Position numbers and translations under genes: made by a program
Shown here: positions 54,601 to 64,000 of the stretch, piece by piece
Numbering within the stretch: the first letter of the stretch is position 1
Layout: each line of letters starts with the position of its first letter
Source of the DNA: Gracilinanus agilis
Lineage: Eukaryota
NCBI RefSeq assembly: GCF_016433145.1
Contig: NC_058136.1
Location: forward strand, 73,411,635-73,475,634
DNA: 64,000 nucleotides
Direction: 5' to 3'
Notes under the pieces: generated by a model
Databases searched by the model: none
What the model was told of the DNA's origin: nothing
The model's input: the letters and a program-made list of their open reading frames with translations, nothing else

Positions 54601-57600
54601 GCCCCAATTTCCTTGTTTGTAAAAGAAGGTTGAACGGGATGGCCTCTGCGCTTCCCTCCCAAGATCGAAGACCTTGGAGGGGGATGGGCTGATCAGAGAG
54701 GCAGGCCACCAGCCCGAGAGATGGCCCGGTATGGCTGTTTCAGAATAAAACAGGCACGTGGCATAGGGCCACTTCGATACCCCGCTAGCAGGAACAGGGG
54801 TCTGTTGGGCCCAGTGACCCTTAGACGACCCTTGGCCTTTTTGAGAATTGCAGTGGACTTAACGAGAAATGGCCCACGTGCGGACTTCCTGAGCCAATAA
54901 CCCTTTCCCTAGTCAGTGGGCAGAGGGAAGGGAGGTTTCTCGGGCAGGACTTTTTTCCCTTTGCGGAAGAATCTTTTGGCTGCCCCCCTGGATGATGTGG
55001 GGGAAACCCCTGAGGCCTTTTGTCTTAAAGTTTCTTCCGAGGCCTGCGTGGAGCCACTCCGAGAGGGTTCTTGTTCTCTTGGCCCCGGGCCAGGCCACCT
55101 TTTGGGCTCGCTTCTCCAGCGTGTGTTGTTGCGGGAGCTAGTTCCGGGGCTGGGCTCTGTTCGTGTAATCAGTCACCAGATAGAGGTGGAAGCGAGCTCT
55201 GGAGATCCAGGGGCACAGAATGAAGGCGCCCCTCCATAGATTGCTCCTCGGGAGGAGCAGCCGCGCCCAACGGGGAGTGTCGGGACTTATCCCAAAAGCT
55301 GGCCTTTGAGCCGGCAAGGAGATGGGGCAGCGCGGTGAGAATAGACGTGGCGGGGAAGCCCCTTCTGCGTCCCTCTCGGAAGTCCGTGCCCAGCCCTGAG
55401 CCTGCTGCACTGAAGGGAGGGATCAACTGAGAGACTTCCAGACCCGTGGACTTAATTGCTGGATCTGGCTTCCCCTAGTCTCTCTCCCCTTGGCCATAGC
55501 GGGGGCAAAATGACCGGGGCTGGCAGCCTAAGTGCAGGGGCCAGCCTCGGGGTGACCGCCCGCCTCCCGGGCATTCTCTGCGCCAGCCGCCGCCGCGGCA
55601 GCATGGGAAAGGGCCCTCGTCTGCCTTTGGTCTCGTGGACGAAAACCGCGTGGAGTCGCCTGGGAAGAAGGGCTTTCTTTGCTTCACGTGGTGAGCAGGG
55701 GACGCGGGGGCTAAGCCGGCGGGTTCTGCTTTGGTCTTTTCAGGCGGAAGCTGGCCCAGTTGCAAGTAGCCTACCACCAGCTCTTTCAGGAGTACGACAA
55801 CCATATCAAGAAAAGCCAGGCCAGCAGTGAGCGCAGCCGGGTGAGTACACAGCCAGCTGCCCTGCCTTAGAAGTGCCGCCCCAGCCTGGGGGGCAGGGCT
55901 CACGTTTCTCCAGGGCTTTTCTGTTCAGCAGCTTATGGGAAGGATGCTGTGGTTTGCACCCATTTGATTGATGAGGCAACCAAGAGCAAGGCTCGCCGAG
56001 GGTCCCAGGGCTAGTAAAGGGCCTTGTGAACCTTTAATCCTAGATTGTTTGAATCTCACTTTCCTTCCCACTGCTGATGGAGCCCCAAGCTCCTTTCTGG
56101 ATGCCGGCTCAGTGGGGAAGGCCTTCCTGAGAGACACCACAGTGGGGGAGAGAGGACTGACCTTCACGGTCACTTGTTTGATGCGTGACCCTGGACAAGT
56201 CCCTCCACTGCCCCCAAACTCCATTCTCCTCTGGGAAACAGAAAGATACCAGCACTCAGTAAGAGTGACATTCAGCGGGGCTGCGAAAGGCTTTCCATTC
56301 CCATTTGAGTCTCACAACAGCTTGGGAAGCATTCGGGTCACTCCTCTCATCCCCATTGTGCAGAAAGAAGGCCAGTGAAATACGGGCCCAGAGGGGCAGG
56401 CGGTGCGCATTTATTAAGCGTCTGCTGTGTGCATCCCCATGGCAGTGGCTGGCTCTGCATCTCCAGTTGTCAGTGCTGGGCCTCCTTCTGGAGAAGTGTC
56501 TAGAACATGGCAGGGGTCCAGCTAGAGGATCGGTGCTCTAGTAATGATGTGGCTGGCCCGGGAAGCTGGAGGCCTCTGCCTGGCCTGGCCTCAAGTCCGG
56601 CCATGTCATCTTGGACAACACAAGTCTGAAAGCACACCAGGCCTCTGGGACCGCCCGTCTAAGGGAGGAGCTCTTCCGGCTGAAAAGAGGAGGACTCGAG
56701 TGGAGGGGAGTGGGCCGTCTGGTCTAGGCCCCCAGACCCGTCTCTGATAAGTGTCTGGCTAGCCACCTGCAGCCTCCTCACTGCTGACGCTCACCCTCTA
56801 GTTTGGGGAATAGATGAATGAGTAAGCGAGTGAAAAGCACTTAGTACGTGTTTCCCTTGTGCCTCGTCCTGTGCCAAATCCTGGGCACGCAAGTACAAAA
56901 ACAGTCGGGCGCAGCTAGATGGCTCAGTGGCTCGAGAGCCAGGCTTATTTAGAGACGGGAGGTCTTGGGATCAAACCTGGCCTCAGACACTTCCCAGCCG
57001 GGTGACCCTGGGCCAGTCACTTAGTTAGCCCCCATAGCCTAGCCCTGACCGCTCTTCTGCCTTGGAACCAATGCACAGATCGAACCCCCAAAGAATGACA
57101 GCAAAAAGCCGACGGCCCCTACCTTCAAGGAGTTTCTATTCTAACGGGAGAGATGAGCCTCACCAGGGAGAGAGGGCAGCTGAGACCTTAGGAAGGCTTT
57201 TCTCTTAGATCGTGCGACAGTCAAGGCCTCTGCCACCTGGGAAAACAAGGCGGCACTGCGGAGGGGAAAGTGGCTTCACTTCTCGGGCTTACCTTGTGCT
57301 GCTCCTTCTGGCCTTGGCTAAGTCGCACCTCCTGGAACGCGTCTGCGCCTCGTCGTCGTATCGCTCTGAGGAAATGGCAGCCTGTTGCCGTGTGAGCTGT
57401 TACGATTGGCCTCTGCCTCCCGTGTGTCAGGAGGGAGCGCCTGCTACCATGTCCTAAGCACCGGGCATCCACCAAAGGGCAGGGCACTCTCCTTGTTCTC
57501 GGACCTTCAGGTGGCCGCTTAGAGAGCGCTCATGTTCCCCCTGATTGCTCTGGCACCCAGGACCAGCCACGGTGCTCGTCACCCTAGACCTGGCTGGCGT

Positions 57601-59464
57601 GCCCGCCTTGGCTGCTTTTGGCCCCGAGGCTCCTGTGAACGCGGCCTCGCCCAGGGCTGTGTCGACCAGTCGGCCCGCTGGTGACCCTTTGGGGGCTTTC
57701 TGTTTCGTTGCAGCGAGCGTGGCCCGAGGTCGTGGCCAGTCTCACGACGGCTCTGCAGGGAAAGCGGGAGCTTCTGTCCCTTGATGTGCTTTGCAGTGTG
57801 CCGAGTGTGACTCGGTCGCCTCGGCTCTTCTCTTCTCTTCTCTTAGGGAATGGACCTGCAGTTGGAAGACCTCAACCAGCAGCTGCAGCAGGCAGAAGAG
57901 GCCTTGGTAGCCAAACAAGAGTTGATCGACAAACTTAAGGAGGAGGCGGAACAACACAAGACGGTGATGGAGACGATCCCAGTCCTGAAGGCCCAGGTCA
58001 GAAGCCCTCTCGGGGCGCCGCTGGCCGATGTCTCCGAGAGGAGGGCTGGGCAGGGGCGCGGGCCTAAACGCAGTGTCTTCTGGTGGCCTCTCCGCCAGCG
58101 GGGCCAGGCAGCTTCCACAGAGTTGGAGCGGTGGGTGTGGTGAAGTTCAGCGAGCCTCCTTCTGGGAATGGCTTTGGGAGGGCGTCTGAACCAGGTGCCC
58201 AGAAGACCCCATTCTCCCGCCTCCAGGCTGATATCTACAAGGCCGACTTCCAGGCAGAGAGGCAAGCCCGAGAGAAACTGGCCGAGCGCAAGGAGCTTCT
58301 GCAGGACCAGCTCGAGCAGCTCCAGAGGGAGTATAGCAAACTGAGGGCTGACTCCAAAGAAACTACCCGGTGAGTCAGCCAGCCTGTGCCGGGGTGGCGT
58401 AGGGAAGTCCAGGCAGAATCGAGAGAGGCCCGAGTGTAGCCAGTGATTTTCTCTTCAGCTCTCATTTCCGTTGTGTTTCCTCTGACCCGCTGAAAAGCCA
58501 GCAGGTTTGACTGAGGCAGCAGAGTACCTCATTCAGTTCGGGGCTAGGCCAGGCCTGGCCAACGTCCAACTGGACGAGAGGAGGGTGGGCCTTTCTGGCA
58601 AGTTTTCAGGGCAATCGTAAGCCGCGTCGGCCTCTGCTGTAGAGAGACCGTTGGCAGTGAAGTAGAACCCGGAGCAGTGAAGAGGTTCCCGGCCCCGGGG
58701 GGCGCTGGGGTGGGTGCACAACCGCTCACTAGTTTGCTTGCCAAGGGCCGTGAACACAACTTTCTGCTTTCAAAGCATTGAAGACATGAGAAAACGGCAC
58801 GTAGAGAACCCGCAGGCGGCCCTGCCCCAGCCAGGTGAGTCCCAAGTGCCCGTATCCTCGAGCCAGAGGCGTGGAGCGATGTTGGGTTGGGGGTGAGAAG
58901 GCTTCCTGTCCAGAAGGCCCCATAGATGAACGACAGCCACAGCTTAGCAATGGACACGCTTTGCTGCTGTTCCAGGGAGGGGCCTTCCTGTGCTCGAGTT
59001 GGGAGTCCTTTGTGGCCTGTTGCCCCAATGGGAACTGGAATCCGGGCTGGCGTGACTCCAGGGAGGCTCTTGGGCTCGTGGCATTTCAGATGCCTGTGGG
59101 GGAACTTGGAGGCGGGCCGCTCAGCACAGAAGGCCTGGGGACCCGCTTAGTAAGAGTGGCCTGGCATACACGTTCCCCTTTGGGACCCGCACCTTGCTAG
59201 CCTCTCTCTGAGACTCCGTGTGTGTGTGTGTGTGTGAGTGTGTGTGTGTGCGTGCACGTGTGTGACTTGGTCAAGGTCACGACTAACGGATGTTCTCTTC
59301 TCTTAGTTCACCTTGTCAATCATCACCTTCCCTTTCACCCCATGCCGCCCGGCCAGAGGAGGAGTCTTCCCGACCAGCAGCCCGATTTTTGTTGTCCTAA
59401 ATGTCTGTATCAGGCCCCGGATATCGACACCCTGCAGATACACGTCATGGAGTGTATCGAGTGA
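42680..59464 (+). CDS. IKBKG: NF-kappa-B essential modulator (NEMO/IKK-gamma), spliced CDS; first coding exon not visible
   Basis: Exons homologous to human exons 3-10: 42680-42873, 51859-51977, 54053-54205, 55744-55840, 57847-57996, 58227-58369, 58776-58834, 59307-59464 (TGA). Motifs include [13 protein letters not shown]...[55 protein letters not shown] and the C-terminal zinc finger [25 protein letters not shown]. Five additional candidate exons are listed separately. Confidence 0.96.
44093..44134 (+). CDS. IKBKG: Candidate extra IKBKG exon A (42 nt, [14 protein letters not shown])
   Basis: Pyrimidine tract plus ccag acceptor (NAGNAG), GGG|gtaagg donor, phase 0-0 and an open frame. QLNECK loosely resembles the HLKRCQ end of human exon 3 that is missing from 42680-42873. 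Confidence 0.55.
44788..44970 (+). mobile_element. Opossum-type SINE
   Basis: gggggcagcgaggtagccgagtgg...gggttcatatgtgccctcagacacttcctagctgggtggccctggg...gcagaaggtaagggttt. Confidence 0.85.
45562..45711 (+). CDS. IKBKG: Candidate extra IKBKG exon B (150 nt, [50 protein letters not shown])
   Basis: ttttataag acceptor (alternative in-frame cag at 45567), AAG|gtaagc donor, phase 0-0. The peptide is strongly heptad-like and E/K/L/Q-rich. Confidence 0.8.
46375..46535 (+). mobile_element. Opossum-type SINE, degenerate
   Basis: ctagatggctcagtggatagagagccaggcct...gggttcaaatgtgacccca gacact...gggcaagtc. Confidence 0.8.
47097..47155 (+). CDS. IKBKG: Candidate extra IKBKG exon C (59 nt, [20 protein letters not shown])
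   Basis: ttttctctggcatttcag acceptor and CAG|gtcagc donor. It runs phase 0 to phase 2, the transition needed to reach the phase-2 exons D and E. Confidence 0.6.
49370..49420 (+). CDS. IKBKG: Candidate extra IKBKG exon D (51 nt, [17 protein letters not shown])
   Basis: tttttccttttggtgccag acceptor, TGA|gtgagt donor (GA are the first two bases of a split codon), phase 2-2 and an open frame. Confidence 0.75.
49675..49798 (+). CDS. IKBKG: Candidate extra IKBKG exon E (124 nt, [41 protein letters not shown])
   Basis: ttcccttttccag acceptor and GAG|gtgagg donor (alternative CAG|gtggag at 49792). It runs phase 2 to phase 0, joining in frame to 51859, and encodes a coiled-coil-like peptide. Confidence 0.8.
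49955..50142 (-). mobile_element. Opossum-type SINE with a variant AT-rich tail
   Basis: Reverse copy with a 16-bp target-site duplication cccagaacatggtttt (49939-49954 and 50143-50158). Confidence 0.92.
52510..52660 (-). mobile_element. CORE-SINE, degenerate
   Basis: ctaagacagaaggg...gcaatggggctgaagtgacttgcccagggtcgcccagctgggaagtgtctg. Confidence 0.8.
53455..53484. repeat. (GGAGCC)n hexamer repeat
   Basis: About five tandem ggagcc units. Confidence 0.85.
56908..57078 (+). mobile_element. Opossum-type SINE
   Basis: gcagctagatggctcagtgg...agagacgggaggtc...tggcctcagacacttcccagc...ctcttctgccttggaaccaatgcaca. Confidence 0.88.
59219..59263. repeat. (TG)n microsatellite just upstream of the last IKBKG acceptor
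   Basis: An interrupted tgtgtg run ending about 45 nt before the AG at 59305-59306. Confidence 0.9.
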
Positions 59465-59744
59465 TCCCCGTCCCCCAGCGTTGTGGCCGAGCACGACCCA
59501 GGGCAGCCTGCCCGCACCTTTGCTTGCTTTCCCTTGCCTAGGCCTCGGTGGGAAAACGTGGGCCCCTTTAGTAGTTTTTGCTCAGAAGCTTAAAGGACGA
59601 GGCCGGGTGGCCCTCCTCCATTTGGTTTGCTCTCGTTCAGCGTGCTCTTTGTCTGACTTGGCTCGCCCAACTTGCTGTACCCCCGGTTCTGCCGAGCTCT
59701 TTCTGGAGCTGCAAAGGACCTCCGAGGCCTTTCAGTCTCCCCCT

Positions 59745-59858
59745 CTCCTCATTTTGCAGAGGGGAAACCGAGGCCCACGGAGATCAAACGACTTGCCCAA
59801 GGTCACACAAATAATCCCTGTCAGAGATGATAGCATTTGAAGCCAGGTCTTTTGACTG
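59745..59858 (-). mobile_element. MIR-type SINE in the IKBKG 3' UTR
   Basis: ctcattttgcagaggggaaaccgaggccca...gacttgcccaaggtcacac...atttgaagccaggtct. Confidence 0.72.
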
Positions 59859-61188
59859 CCTCCCAGTTTGGGCACCTTCTTTTGGAAGAGAGGCTGGCCG
59901 CTGGAGCCCGGGAGGTGATGCTGCTGCCCCTCCTTGGTCGTTCTTGTCCCTGGCTCTTCGGAGAGATCCTAGCATTTCCCGAGTTGCTGCTAGGGCCAAG
60001 GAACCCTAGGCCATGGCACTGTATACTGGTTGCCATTTCTCAGGGCTTTTAGGCCTGACAGGAGCTTAATTAACATGCTTCTTGAGCTCTTCCACACTGG
60101 AGGGTTCGGATGCTCTGGGTAGGAATTCGTCCCGTCTTACAGAGGGGAAACCTGAAATTCTAAAGTGAAGAAGAGACGTCGGGGCCTCCCGACTGGTGCC
60201 GGGCAGGCTCTGGAGCCAGGCCCCCCTGACTTGAGGCCTAACACTCTCGTGCTCTCTCCCTTCCCCGTGGAGATCCAGAAGCAGGCAGTACCAAAGATTT
60301 CCATCTGGGGTTCGACCCAGGTGAGCTTTGCTGGGCCTCTTGTCCTGACTTTGATGCTTCCCACTAGTCCTGAGGGAGAACGTGTGGCTGACTGATGGAT
60401 AGTAACTGGGTTGAAGGGCTTTCCCCAACTTCCAGTTTAGAACCTAGGTGTGTCCGTATAGTGCTCACCTCTGCCCGGGCTCGATTGGATTCCCGTTTCC
60501 CTGCCCGAAGCCCATTGGCTCCCAGGCCAATGGGGAAGCACTTTGTACGAGCCCAGCTCCGATTCTAAGCGGGCTCTTTAGATACTGTTGGGCTACTCCT
60601 GCCTGGGCAGGCCAGCCTTCCCAGAATTCAAGAGGCCTGGTCTCCGAGCGCTTCTGGCTTTAAAAGGGCCGGGCCCTCCTTTTTGTACGTGCCCGTAATT
60701 GGCAGAACGGAGCGAGGGAGAGCATTCCTCGGTTTGAAAAGATGGCCGATAGAAATGGCCTCACGTTCTGCCCAGCGACACGGCAGAAGGGAGTGCTGGG
60801 TCTGGAGTTGAGAAGAGCTGGGCTCATTGTCCTGCCTCTGACCCTTCGATTCGTGACCTTCCCAGGGTCTTTGGAAACTGCCAGAGACGTGTGGACTGAG
60901 TCCCACGTGGGCGGCCAGCTCTGGTGAAGTTCCCACGCCGGGGTTCTTCGTGCCCACAAGCTAACCTGGCTCTGGTGCTTGACTCTGTAGACTACTTTTC
61001 TACCTCCGCTCCAGTGGCCTTCTGCTTTGTAGGTCCCCGAGGTGCCACCCCTCCCCCCATGACTTAGTTAGTGGCTTATGCAACACTTGGAAGGCAGTGG
61101 GAGGAAGCGCATTGCCATTGACTTTCTTTCTTCTACTTCTCCCAAAGCAGCTCCCGCTGTGGATGGGAGAATTTCTGGGTGGAGATCA

Positions 61189-61194
61189 ATTAAA
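61189..61194 (+). terminator. Possible IKBKG polyadenylation signal ATTAAA
   Basis: This is the first AWTAAA hexamer I noticed after the IKBKG stop. It is followed by GT-rich tctgtggtctcaagtgtgtg. Confidence 0.45.
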
Positions 61195-61304
61195 TGTGCC
61201 CTGGCGGTGAACCTGCATAGTCTGTGGTCTCAAGTGTGTGCTTCTAGGTGTCGGGGGCGCCGAAAGAATAGAGAGAGTCAGAGCTGCACTGAGAAACGAG
61301 TCTT

Positions 61305-61310
61305 TTTATT
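61305..61310 (-). terminator. SEPHS2 polyadenylation signal AATAAA
   Basis: tttatt on + at 61305-61310, about 60 nt downstream of the SECIS on the - strand. Confidence 0.65.
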
Positions 61311-61371
61311 GGCTGAACGACCAGGAATTGTCAGCCCAAGATCGTACAGAAATTGAGCGATGCCGAGACCC

Positions 61372-61446
61372 GGGCTCTGGGAATCTGCTCAGCTTCATCC
61401 AGCCCTCAGAGAGGTTTAGAGGGAGAAGCTTCATAAACAGAGCCAA
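61372..61446 (-). promoter_or_regulatory. SECIS element (type 2) in the SEPHS2 3' UTR
   Basis: The minus strand reads ggctctg-ttt-ATGA-agcttctccctct-AAA-cctc(tct)gagg-gctggatgaagct-GA-gc-agattcc-cagagcc. Helix 1 is ggctctg/cagagcc, the core is AUGA/GA, helix 2 includes agcttc/gaagct, and there are unpaired AAA and a ministem. It resembles the human SEPHS2 SECIS (ATGAcgtctctccctctAAAcccc...GAGC). Confidence 0.9.
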
Positions 61447-62021
61447 GGCCTATGATCAGCAAGATGGTCCTGGGGCCTACTTCCTCTCTCCTGGACAAGT
61501 TGCTCAACTCTTGGCCAGAATGAGGAAGAGCTGGTAGCTTCTTGGGGGGGGGGGGGGAATCCCCCGAGTGATTTCCGAGTACGCCATGGTGCTGTTTCAG
61601 GTCTAGCAGACTTCTTGTTTTACCGCTATTTGCTAATGACCTATAAGCGGTCTTCCAGGTCTCCCTTATCTTCAGGAAGACTCATTTCTCATGTGGGGAT
61701 CTTTTCCAGCAAGTGCTCTCTCTGGGAGCCCAGTGGTGAGAGAACTCTTCAGGGATCGGCCCGTCTTGTTTCTAGAAAGGGGAAAACGGGTCAGGTTTGG
61801 CCCTAAAGCAGAAAGTGTCAAGTGGGATGAATTCATGTGAGACTCCTCTAAAAGCAGCTCTTTTCCGAAATTGTCTAAGAACAAGTAGCTCGCCTGGCAG
61901 TAATTTCCCCATTTGAGCAGGTTTCTTTGGCAATTCCCCTTCCCTAAAACAGTCACTTCACTTTTTTGAACATTCATGATTGCTTCCAGAGGTCTAAGCG
62001 GTCCAAACCAGGGGGGCCATT

Positions 62022-62947
62022 TCACAGAGCAGGCTCAGGACTGGTGTTGGAGTTGTCGTGATGGAGAGTGGCTCCCCGGGGCATGACTTCAATGATCCGT
62101 GGCTTGTCAATGATTCGGGCCGTCTGGTTGCCTTTTTCCACAATGCCGATGATCCATGCTTGATGACCCTCCCCATATTTTGGAGACTTGATTTCAGCAC
62201 AGAAGCGAGCGGCTTGTTCTCGGGGCAGACAGATCAGCAGCCCACCTGTAAAAGTGTGCAGTCAAGAAACACCCAAATCGGGGTTTAACCTCACACCTAA
62301 GCTCCTCTTCTTTTTCTAAACCTTCCCTTCCCGCTTTGAATCAATACTATGCATTGGTTCCGATGGGGGTTAAAAGGCTCGTCCAGGCCACGTGGGAACT
62401 TAGGACCTCCTGTCTCTGGGGCTGGCTCTCAACTCACCTACCTGCCCTCTAGGGCATGGCAGAGCTACACAATATTTGTATATGCCTGACCCTGGGAAGG
62501 GAAAAGGCCGCACCTCCCATGGGAGGCCATCGTTCGTGTCCGATTTGGTTCTCTGGCAGTAGCAGTAGTGCTAGGGCTTCTGTCCTACTAGAATGGAGAG
62601 CTCAGGGCTCAGGGGCTTGTACACAGAGGAGTTGGGGAAGCTTCTCATTTTTGAATGACTTTCAGTTGGGGGTGAGGAAGGTAGTATGTATGGGCACCTG
62701 CCACTGGCAGCACGAGAGACCTTTTATTATTACCTACCTGAGGTTTCTGCTGACGTTCCTTGGAGAAGCCCAAAACGCCCACTTGCCTTGCTGACAGCCG
62801 CCATCTTGGCGATAATGGGCAGATTATGAATGACAAAGGACACTTCGCTCCTCTGTTGTTTTGCAAGGTTCTGAGCATGGCCGAGGATGCCAAAGCCAGT
62901 AACATCAGTGGCAGCGTGGGCATTAAATGTGTGCATTAACCCCGCGG
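62022..62947 (-). CDS. SEPHS2: Selenophosphate synthetase 2, intron-containing form; last two coding exons (rest beyond the window)
   Basis: Exons 62947-62738 (210 nt, [69 protein letters not shown]) and 62245-62022 (224 nt, [20 protein letters not shown]...[22 protein letters not shown]). The residues [21 protein letters not shown] and PRGAT are SEPHS2-type, and a SECIS lies downstream. Confidence 0.9.
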
Positions 62948-63435
62948 CTGCAATAGAAGACACGGTGATTTGGAGATGGTTGGAATAGAGTTGACATCAC
63001 CTAGTTTGTGGCACTTACATGTTCCTAATCGGCGACAGGAGCATTTCGGCCTGCTTTCAAGACTCTTTCAAAAACCGTTTTATCGGCATTGTTAGGGACG
63101 CTTTTATTTCCTTGCAGCCTTCACTGGCCTAGAACTGCCCTTTCTCCCTTTGAAGAGGTCTAGTCGAGCACGATTCAGTGTATTAGCTACAAAATATCTC
63201 CTTTATATTACTGGGGCTTCTAAGGGTTTAAAACAATTCTACATACTCATTACAGATATTGCTCCGTAGCGGTGATGGCAAACCTTTTAGAGACGAGTGC
63301 CAGGTGTGCCCTGCCCCCTTTGCCCCACACAGAGGAGGGAGGAAGCACTCCCATTGGGCTGCTGGGCAAGTGAGGAATGTCCTGAGTGTAGAGGGGGAGG
63401 GGAGCGGCCCGAGTGCTCTGCTCACTGGAGGAGTT

Positions 63436-63605
63436 TTTTTTTTTTAACCCTTACCTTCAATCTTAAGAGTGAGTGGTAAAGGCTAGGCAATGGGAGTTAA
63501 GTGACTTGCCCAGGGTCACATAGCTAGGAAGTGTCTGAGGCCACATTGGAGCCCAGCCTCTCCCATCTCTAGGCCTGGCTCCCTCCACTGGGCCACCCAG
63601 CTGCT
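63436..63605 (-). mobile_element. Opossum-type SINE in a SEPHS2 intron
   Basis: Poly-T, aacccttaccttc, ggtaaaggctaggcaatggg...aagtgacttgcccagggtcacatagctaggaagtgtctgaggcc...ccacccagctgc. Confidence 0.9.
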
Positions 63606-64000
63606 GCTCCTTTATTTCTCAAGGCACTAAGTATTCTGTGATACTGGTATGGCCCGTTTTCTCTAGCTCTTCCTCAGCTGATAGACGGGCATTTTGTTTC
63701 CAGCCGTCTTTTGCCTTCCTCAGGGCTGAGGGCATCTATTCCTTGCAGAGGATGTGCACTGGACTACTTCTGAACCCACAAGGCCCCCAGCCGTGCCCAC
63801 AGGCTCTGCAGTCACATGACCTGCGTTCAAATCTCTCTTCTGATGTATGATCCTGGGCAAGTCAGAACTTCCCCAGTCCTTGTGCTTGCTTTGTTCTAGG
63901 CTTGGAATAAAGAGGAAGCGAAACCCAGTTCCCCCTCTGGAGGAGCTCACAAGTCTGTACTAACAGGCCTGAGGACCAAATCCCCTCCCTGCTGGTCTGC

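Noticed and set aside
62022-62947. Calling the gene SEPHS1 because it has introns
   Set aside because: SEPHS1 has PVLAK, ACGNMFGLMHGTCPETS, a different C-terminal tail and no SECIS. This sequence has the SEPHS2 states, a 210-nt rather than 213-nt exon, and a SECIS.
8691-63605. Recurring near-identical ~30-40-nt motifs that could be mistaken for CRISPR repeats
   Set aside because: They are dispersed SINE cores in both orientations with target-site duplications, not regularly spaced repeat-spacer arrays, and the DNA is eukaryotic.

Overview
This is eukaryotic, intron-rich and GC/CpG-rich DNA. Dense opossum-type CORE-SINEs (SINE1_Mdo/MAR1-like) point to a didelphid marsupial, and the genes are homologous to human Xq28. 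Four spliced genes were rebuilt exon by exon from GT/AG sites and protein homology. DKC1 (+, exons 3-15, 66-7458) hosts the H/ACA snoRNAs SNORA36 and SNORA56. MPP1 (-, exons 2-12, 10251-30279) follows it. IKBKG/NEMO (+, 42680-59464) lacks its first coding exon in the visible sequence. The last two exons of an intron-containing SEPHS2 (-, 62022-62947) carry a clear SECIS element at about 61372-61446. The most notable observations are: (1) NEMO appears to carry five extra in-phase exons (about 142 aa, largely coiled-coil) between the exons matching human exons 3 and 4; (2) dyskerin exon 14 carries a roughly 70-aa acidic insertion next to the lysine-rich nucleolar signal; (3) the multi-exon selenoprotein SEPHS2, lost in placentals, sits tail-to-tail with IKBKG; (4) MPP1 and IKBKG face each other head-to-head with no visible G6PD, although a 500-N gap lies between them. 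There are no prokaryotic features or CRISPR arrays. Most entries in the ORF track are spurious GC-rich or gap-spanning frames. All comparisons to human sequences are from memory and were not computed.
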